This document shows positions 33,511 to 38,077 of a stretch of 38,077 nt of DNA, one piece after another. Positions within the stretch are counted from its first letter, which is position 1. Every line of letters begins with the position of its first letter. The notes beneath the pieces were generated by a model. That model was given only the letters and a program-made list of their open reading frames with translations, ran no database searches and was not told the origin of the DNA. The stretch spans positions 1-38,077 of the IMG/VR virus record IMGVR_UViG_3300047469_000100; one strand, 5' to 3'. A program made the position numbers and the translations under genes. The DNA is from a virus.

Positions 33511-33689
33511 GAGAGAAAATCACCAAAACCCCGGAAGCCTTAGCGGCAGAGCGGGAGCAAATCGAAAAGATGCGCGAGGAATTGAAGGCGCTCTGCAATC
33601 GAGTTCCTCCGGCAGTTCTCTCCGGCAGTTCTCTCCGGCAGTTATCAGACAGCAGTCGCGTGGAAGAAGGCCGCGAGCGATGCCTATAA
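33507..33689 (+). CDS. 60-aa helical protein containing a 13-bp tandem repeat
   Basis: MREKITKTPEALAAEREQIEKMREELKAL..., with an ATGA overlap with the upstream gene. Confidence 0.45.
   Translation: MREKITKTPEALAAEREQIEKMREELKALCNRVPPAVLSGSSLRQLSDSSRVEEGRERCL
33608..33643 (+). repeat. 13-bp tandem repeat tccggcagttctc, about 2.8 copies
   Basis: 33608-33620 and 33621-33633 are identical, and 33634-33643 is a partial copy. Confidence 0.9.
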
Positions 33690-33767
33690 GATCGCCTGCT
33701 CGAAATCCCCGACGCTCACCAAGCTTGTTGATGCACGGACTGCAATGCAGGTTGCAGCGCGTGCGGC

Positions 33768-34004
33768 ATGACGTACGTCTCAGTCACCAAGACGGTCGAT
33801 GTGGACGTGGACGTCGATCTGTCCGACATCGATACCGATGATCTGGAGACGGAACTTGAAAGCCGTGGCGTCGGTGACGTTCGCGGTTCTGATTCCGACG
33901 ACATCCCGAGAATCTTCGAAGCGCTGTACGTCGGCAATGAACAACTCGCGCTCGAAATCACGCGCAAGTTCGTCCAGGACGCCACCGGCCGGCTGCTGCC
34001 CTGA
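33768..34004 (+). CDS. Very acidic 78-aa protein (VDVDVDVDLSDIDTDDLETELE...)
   Basis: An ORF directly upstream of the methyltransferase. About one third of its residues are Asp or Glu. Confidence 0.55.
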   Translation: MTYVSVTKTVDVDVDVDLSDIDTDDLETELESRGVGDVRGSDSDDIPRIFEALYVGNEQLALEITRKFVQDATGRLLP

Positions 34005-34015
34005 CTAGATCCTGC

Positions 34016-35053
34016 ATGACCGCCTACTACAACGAGATCGACCCATACGCCGCGCAGTGGCTGCGCAACCTGATCGCCAAGGGGCATATCGCCGCCGGCG
34101 AAGTTGATGAACGGAGCATAGAGGATGTTCGACCAGACGACCTTCGCGGATTCACCCAGTGCCATTTCTTCGCCGGAATCGGTGTCTGGTCGTACGCGCT
34201 TCGACTCGCCGGCTGGCCTGATGACCGACCTGTTTGGACCGGTTCCTGTCCGTGCCAACCTTTCAGCCAGGCAGGCAAAGGCGCTGGGTTTTCTGACGAG
34301 CGGCACTTATGGCCTGCGTGGGACTGGCTCATCAGCGAGTGCCGACCTGCAGTCATCGTTGGAGAGCAGGTTGCGAGCAAAGACATCGATCCTTGGATCG
34401 ACCTTGTTCAAGCTGACCTGGAAGCGATGGGTTACGCCATCGGGTGTGTCCCGTTCCCGTCTGCGGGCGTCGGTGCTCCGCACATCCGCGACCGCGCGTA
34501 TTTCATGGCCCACGCCGACGGTCAACGACTCCACGGGAAGCGCGTACGCGTACAGCCGGGGAAATCACGACAAGCCAGTTCTGAAACTGGTCGGAGCGGC
34601 GCAGTTGGCATCGTGGCCGACTCCGATGGCAGGCACACCGGCTCAGAAGGGCTACAACGCGGCAGGCAACACGGACAGCAGTCGGCGCACGGTGGCGCTC
34701 GTTGCGGGGTGGCCGACGCCGGCAGCGAGCGATGGCTCGGGCGGCAAGGGATTCAGGCCGGGCGTATCGATGACCGGGCTCATGCCGGACGGCTCGAAAG
34801 TGACGATGGATCTGTCGGCGTCGACGAAGCTCGCATTTCACGAATTGAACCAGCCGGCCCGACTAACGGTTTCTGGCGAGATGCTGATTGGCTGCTCTGC
34901 CGGGACGAAAAGTGGCGGCCAGTTGAACCCGGCTCATTCCCGCTGGCTGATGGCGCTCCCGCCCGAGTGGGACGACTGCGCGCCTACGGTAACGCGATCA
35001 ACGCGCAAGCGGCAGCAGAGTTCATCCGCGCAGCGCGCGAAGCAATCGAATGA
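34016..35053 (+). CDS. DNA (cytosine-5) methyltransferase (345-aa ORF; the middle third is compositionally aberrant)
   Basis: FFAGIGVWS (motif I), GSCPCQPFSQAGKG (motif IV), VGEQV (ENV-like), GAPHIRDRAYF (motif VIII-like), and C-terminal PLADGAPARVGRLRAYGNAINAQAAAEFI (motif X). Confidence 0.75.
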   Translation: MTAYYNEIDPYAAQWLRNLIAKGHIAAGEVDERSIEDVRPDDLRGFTQCHFFAGIGVWSYALRLAGWPDDRPVWTGSCPCQPFSQAGKGAGFSDERHLWPAWDWLISECRPAVIVGEQVASKDIDPWIDLVQADLEAMGYAIGCVPFPSAGVGAPHIRDRAYFMAHADGQRLHGKRVRVQPGKSRQASSETGRSGAVGIVADSDGRHTGSEGLQRGRQHGQQSAHGGARCGVADAGSERWLGRQGIQAGRIDDRAHAGRLESDDGSVGVDEARISRIEPAGPTNGFWRDADWLLCRDEKWRPVEPGSFPLADGAPARVGRLRAYGNAINAQAAAEFIRAAREAIE

Positions 35054-35057
35054 GTGA
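34125..35057 (+). other. 310-codon ORF in the +1 frame, almost fully nested in the methyltransferase ORF; it carries the WPTP-repeat/LNPxxSRWLM features
   Basis: SWPTPTVNDSTGS, SWPTPMAGTPAQKGYN and GWPTPAASDGSGGKG, then GQLNPAHSRWLMALPPEW. GC3 by hand count is about 72% in its 3' part. Whether it is a separate product, a recoded segment or a remnant is unresolved. Confidence 0.5.
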
Positions 35058-35063
35058 GGACAT

Positions 35064-35837
35064 ATGAACACCACTGATAGCAAAGACGCTGTTACGCGCG
35101 AACAGATCGAGCAATGGGCGCAAATCGCTGGCCTGCGCGGGATGCTCCATACAGAAGCTAACATTGAGCGGCTCGCCGACTTCGCGATCTTCGCGCGTCA
35201 AGACTTCGCCGCTGCTCTCGCCACCAATCCGCAGGCAGACGGCGCGACTGTGCCACCGGAAGTCATGGCCGCACTTGATCGCATGTGCACGCCGCTCGAC
35301 GCATCGGTCTTGTCTGGCGCGACGGCATCGGCAGACGCACACAGCATGCAGGTGATCCACGACTATGTTCTCGCCACCGCCCGATCTGACGCTCCGACCG
35401 ATGAGTTGCGCGAGGACTTGCAAGAGGCTCGCGAGATCCTTGAAAACATGGTCCGCAGCATCGAACTCGATGGCAATTACTCTACCGAGGCGACGTGCAC
35501 GTTTCTCCGGCAAGCGTTGATGTGCTTGCCTACCGAACTCGCCGCTACCCACGCTCCCGCGATGGCAGAGACGGTGCGAATCTCATTGCTTGAGAAGGCA
35601 CTGGTGTATGTCGCGCATTCGATGCACAGCGAACCGCAATACATGTTGGCCGAAGGCATCACTCTCGGAGATGTCAGCTACGTGCGTGTGAATGTCGGCA
35701 CTCTGGACGTTTCGGTGCAGATACCTGAGAGTGTCGCTCGCGCGATATACGACACGGCCGCCCAAACGACTGCGCGCAAAATCGCTGAGCGGCGCGATGC
35801 TATTGCCGCTGCATCTGGCGGAGAGCTGGGATCGTGA
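35064..35837 (+). CDS. Hypothetical 257-aa protein
   Basis: ORF with a GAGGAC SD. Confidence 0.6.
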   Translation: MNTTDSKDAVTREQIEQWAQIAGLRGMLHTEANIERLADFAIFARQDFAAALATNPQADGATVPPEVMAALDRMCTPLDASVLSGATASADAHSMQVIHDYVLATARSDAPTDELREDLQEAREILENMVRSIELDGNYSTEATCTFLRQALMCLPTELAATHAPAMAETVRISLLEKALVYVAHSMHSEPQYMLAEGITLGDVSYVRVNVGTLDVSVQIPESVARAIYDTAAQTTARKIAERRDAIAAASGGELGS

Positions 35838-37108
35838 GCGCCATTCGAGTTTGCGCGATCAGCGACATTCACTGCTCTGTCGGTTGTGGGTCTGGTCCCT
35901 GCCTGAAAGAGCAGGCCTTGAACCATCCCAACAGAGTGCAAATGGCCATCCCCAACAGGCCCGAAGCCGGGAATATGCAAATGACGAACGAACAGATCAC
36001 CGAATTGGCCGAACCGTTCTGGCTGAAAGATGCCCAGAAGGAAGGCGAGTTCTTCGACGCCAATGGCTTCGCCCGAGCGCTGCTCTCTGCAAGCAAGCCT
36101 GCCGTGACCGAAGGGTGGAAGCTGGTGCCGGTCGAGCCGACCGAAACGATGGTTGTGGATGGCTTTGAGTCTTGGCCCAGCGCTATTTTCAGCAACCCGA
36201 AAGACTGGGGCGCATTCGAGTCGATGAGCGGATGCCAACAGGCGGCGCATAAAGCCCGGCTTTGCTATGCCGCCATGCTCGCCGCATCCCCTGCCGCGCC
36301 AGCGCAATCGGGGGAGACGGTGGCTCAGTGGCAGTCACGCGTCATTTTGGACGGCGGTAGGCGCGATCAATGGATCAATATCGACGTAGAAGGGGCTGAA
36401 ACGCTGCTCAGAGATTATCAAGACAAGTACGAAGTGCGCGCGCTCTACACCGCCCCGCAGCCATCCCCGACTGCCGTGGTGCTGGACGATGCACGTCTAG
36501 GTTGCTTTGTGCGCAAACTGGTCGAACAGCTATCAGACAGCCCGAAATCGTTCCTCGCTAACGTCCAACGCGCGATTGCAGACTTGAACACGGATCAAGC
36601 TGCTGTGGCGCTGGACGATGAGCGGGCGGTGTTGACGCCTGTCGGCGATGGCTGGCTGGACGACCACATCACGAACAATGTGAAGTTCATGCGGGGCGAA
36701 ATGCTCGGCGTCTACTACTCACAGGGCTGGCAGGACGCAGAGCGCCATCACATCAAGCAGGCAGAGAAGGATGCAGAGCGTCGGCTCGTTTATGGCACCC
36801 GCGCCGCATCCCCGCAACCTGCCGTTTGCGCGACGTGCAACGGGCACGGCATGATCGGCGGTCCCTCGTACTATGCGCCCGATGAAGGTGGCGAGCCATG
36901 CCCCGATTGCAATATCGCGCAACCAGTGGAGCAGACGCGGGCGCTGACCGAAGATGCGGGCGATGCTGCACGCTATCGGTTGCTGCGTCGCGGTCAGCAC
37001 TGGAGTGTGATCAACGGTATCGGCGATACGTTGCGTGGCGAAGACCTAGACGACGCAATCGACGCCGCCATGATCGCCGCGCGTCCGGCAAGCGGAGAGA
37101 CAGAATGA
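35834..37108 (+). CDS. Hypothetical 424-aa protein with an Ea22-like segment and a CxxCxGxG...CxxC zinc motif
   Basis: GWKLVPVEPTETMV and CATCNGHGMIGG...CPDC. GTG start with a GTGA overlap and GGAGAG upstream. An ATG near 35977 is the alternative. Confidence 0.55.
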   Translation: MSAIRVCAISDIHCSVGCGSGPCLKEQALNHPNRVQMAIPNRPEAGNMQMTNEQITELAEPFWLKDAQKEGEFFDANGFARALLSASKPAVTEGWKLVPVEPTETMVVDGFESWPSAIFSNPKDWGAFESMSGCQQAAHKARLCYAAMLAASPAAPAQSGETVAQWQSRVILDGGRRDQWINIDVEGAETLLRDYQDKYEVRALYTAPQPSPTAVVLDDARLGCFVRKLVEQLSDSPKSFLANVQRAIADLNTDQAAVALDDERAVLTPVGDGWLDDHITNNVKFMRGEMLGVYYSQGWQDAERHHIKQAEKDAERRLVYGTRAASPQPAVCATCNGHGMIGGPSYYAPDEGGEPCPDCNIAQPVEQTRALTEDAGDAARYRLLRRGQHWSVINGIGDTLRGEDLDDAIDAAMIAARPASGETE

Positions 37109-37353
37109 CTGATGACGAAATCCGAGAGATCGCGGATGACAACGATTCGGGGCGCACGACGAGCGGACGACGCCTGTTTTCGGATCGCAACCTTCTTCTG
37201 TTCGCCCGCGCCATCGAGCAAGCATCCCGCCGCGCGGCGCTGGCACATTGTGCAGATAGTCTTTGCAATGTTCGGGCTCACGGAGGGGATATAACCGCGG
37301 CCATTGGTCTTATCCGCGCCCTTGCTGGAGCCACAAGCGGAGACAAAGCATGA
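37105..37353 (+). CDS. Hypothetical 82-aa protein
   Basis: I chose the internal start at 37105: ATGA overlap with the upstream stop and GGAGAGA SD. Confidence 0.5.
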   Translation: MTDDEIREIADDNDSGRTTSGRRLFSDRNLLLFARAIEQASRRAALAHCADSLCNVRAHGGDITAAIGLIRALAGATSGDKA

Positions 37354-37559
37354 CCGAAATTCAGATCGCCAGGCGTGCGGTCCAACTCTACGCTGAACAG
37401 CACCCGCGGCCTCCGCACGTCACGATCATCCAGGCTGCGGAAATGCTGGGGCTCAGCCGGCACACGGTATCGAAGATGGTCAAGACCGGCCAGATCAAGC
37501 TGAACAAGTGCGGCCTGATCCCGATCGAGCAGGTCGACGCGGCCCTGCAGCCCGTCTAA
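37350..37559 (+). CDS. xis: Excisionase / AlpA-type HTH protein (69 aa)
   Basis: VTIIQAAEMLGLSRHTVSKMVKTGQI is an HTH_17-like segment. The gene is convergent with int and its stop overlaps the int stop. Confidence 0.65.
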   Translation: MTEIQIARRAVQLYAEQHPRPPHVTIIQAAEMLGLSRHTVSKMVKTGQIKLNKCGLIPIEQVDAALQPV

Positions 37560-38077
37560 AGGCGCGCGGCGATGTCCTCGGCGGACTCTCGGTAATACGT
37601 CGACATGAGAATTTTCAGGTCGGCGTGGCCGCTGATTTTCGCCAGCGTCATCACATCCACTTTTCTCGACAGCCGCGTCAGCGCTTCGGCGCGCGAGTCG
37701 TGGAAATGTAGATCGGAGATCGACGGGTAGACTTCAGCCAGGCGGTTGCGGTTCTTCCTGAACAAAGCATCGAGCGACGCGGATGAGATTCGGAAGCACT
37801 TCTCGCGGTCGGCCACCGGCTTAAGCAGGCGAAGCGCCTGGCGCGTCAGCGGGATCTCGCGCGGCCGGCCGGTCAGGTGCTGCGTCTTGTGAGGCACCCT
37901 TGCCACGCGCCGCCGCATGTCGAGCGTCTTTTCCCCCAGATTCAGTATCTCGCCGGCGCGCATCGCTGTCCGGAGCGCGACGAGGAATGCGAGCGCCACT
38001 TCCTGACTGAGCGACTTCGGCGCCACGCCGGATCGATAGCCCAGCCATCGGCAGATCAGCTTGACCTCAAGCGGTGA
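37556..38077 (-). CDS. int: Tyrosine integrase, C-terminal catalytic part (joins to 128-649 across the junction)
   Basis: ALRTAMRAGEI (Arg I), HFHDSRAEA (HxxR), ISGHADLKILMSTYY (His/Tyr nucleophile region). The frame is open to the window end. Confidence 0.9.
   Translation of the reverse strand, partial: SPLEVKLICRWLGYRSGVAPKSLSQEVALAFLVALRTAMRAGEILNLGEKTLDMRRRVARVPHKTQHLTGRPREIPLTRQALRLLKPVADREKCFRISSASLDALFRKNRNRLAEVYPSISDLHFHDSRAEALTRLSRKVDVMTLAKISGHADLKILMSTYYRESAEDIAARL
37951..38077. repeat. Second copy of the 127-bp terminal overlap
   Basis: Identical to 1-127. Confidence 0.95.

Noticed and set aside
34495-34990. Programmed ribosomal frameshifting as the explanation for the two-frame methyltransferase
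   Set aside because: There is no X-XXY-YYZ slippery heptamer or known +1 shift site at either frame-switch point (about 34503 or about 34970), and I saw no obvious downstream pseudoknot or hairpin. This is not excluded, but the sequence does not support it.
1-38077. tRNA genes, rRNA and CRISPR arrays
   Set aside because: The only tRNA-like sequence is the 22-nt 3' fragment at 804-825, which has no 5' half or anticodon arm. No spaced direct-repeat arrays were seen.

Overview
The first 127 nt (1-127) are identical to the last 127 nt (37951-38077), so this window is a closed circular contig with a unit length of about 37,950 bp. It reads as a complete temperate podovirus genome from a high-GC host; a Burkholderia-like betaproteobacterial host is my inference from composition only. 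Most of the minus strand is one long transcription direction. It runs from a cro-like gene at 31625, through a replication and nin-like early region, to a T7/BPP-1-like virion module and then a lysis cassette. The virion module has T7-like gene order and sizes: portal, scaffold, capsid, tail tubular A/B, internal virion proteins, terminase and tailspike. No phage RNA or DNA polymerase is present. The plus strand carries a CI-like repressor, a PL-like operon of micro-ORFs, a cytosine-5 DNA methyltransferase, an excisionase, and an O-acyltransferase moron next to attP. The tyrosine integrase spans the contig junction. The most unusual observations are listed here.

1. Two roughly 1-kb ORFs overlap in a +1 register inside the methyltransferase gene, and methyltransferase-type motifs are split between the two frames.
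2. A 21-bp dyad element occurs exactly twice, at the head of the late operon and before the capsid gene. The capsid and decoration genes are bracketed by two strong terminators.
3. A GNAT acetyltransferase is translationally coupled inside the internal-virion-protein cassette.
4. attP appears to mimic a tRNA 3' end and is flanked by TGGGGA arm repeats and a perfect palindrome.
5. The replication gene contains an iteron-type origin.

All functional calls rest on motifs read by eye. No database search was possible.
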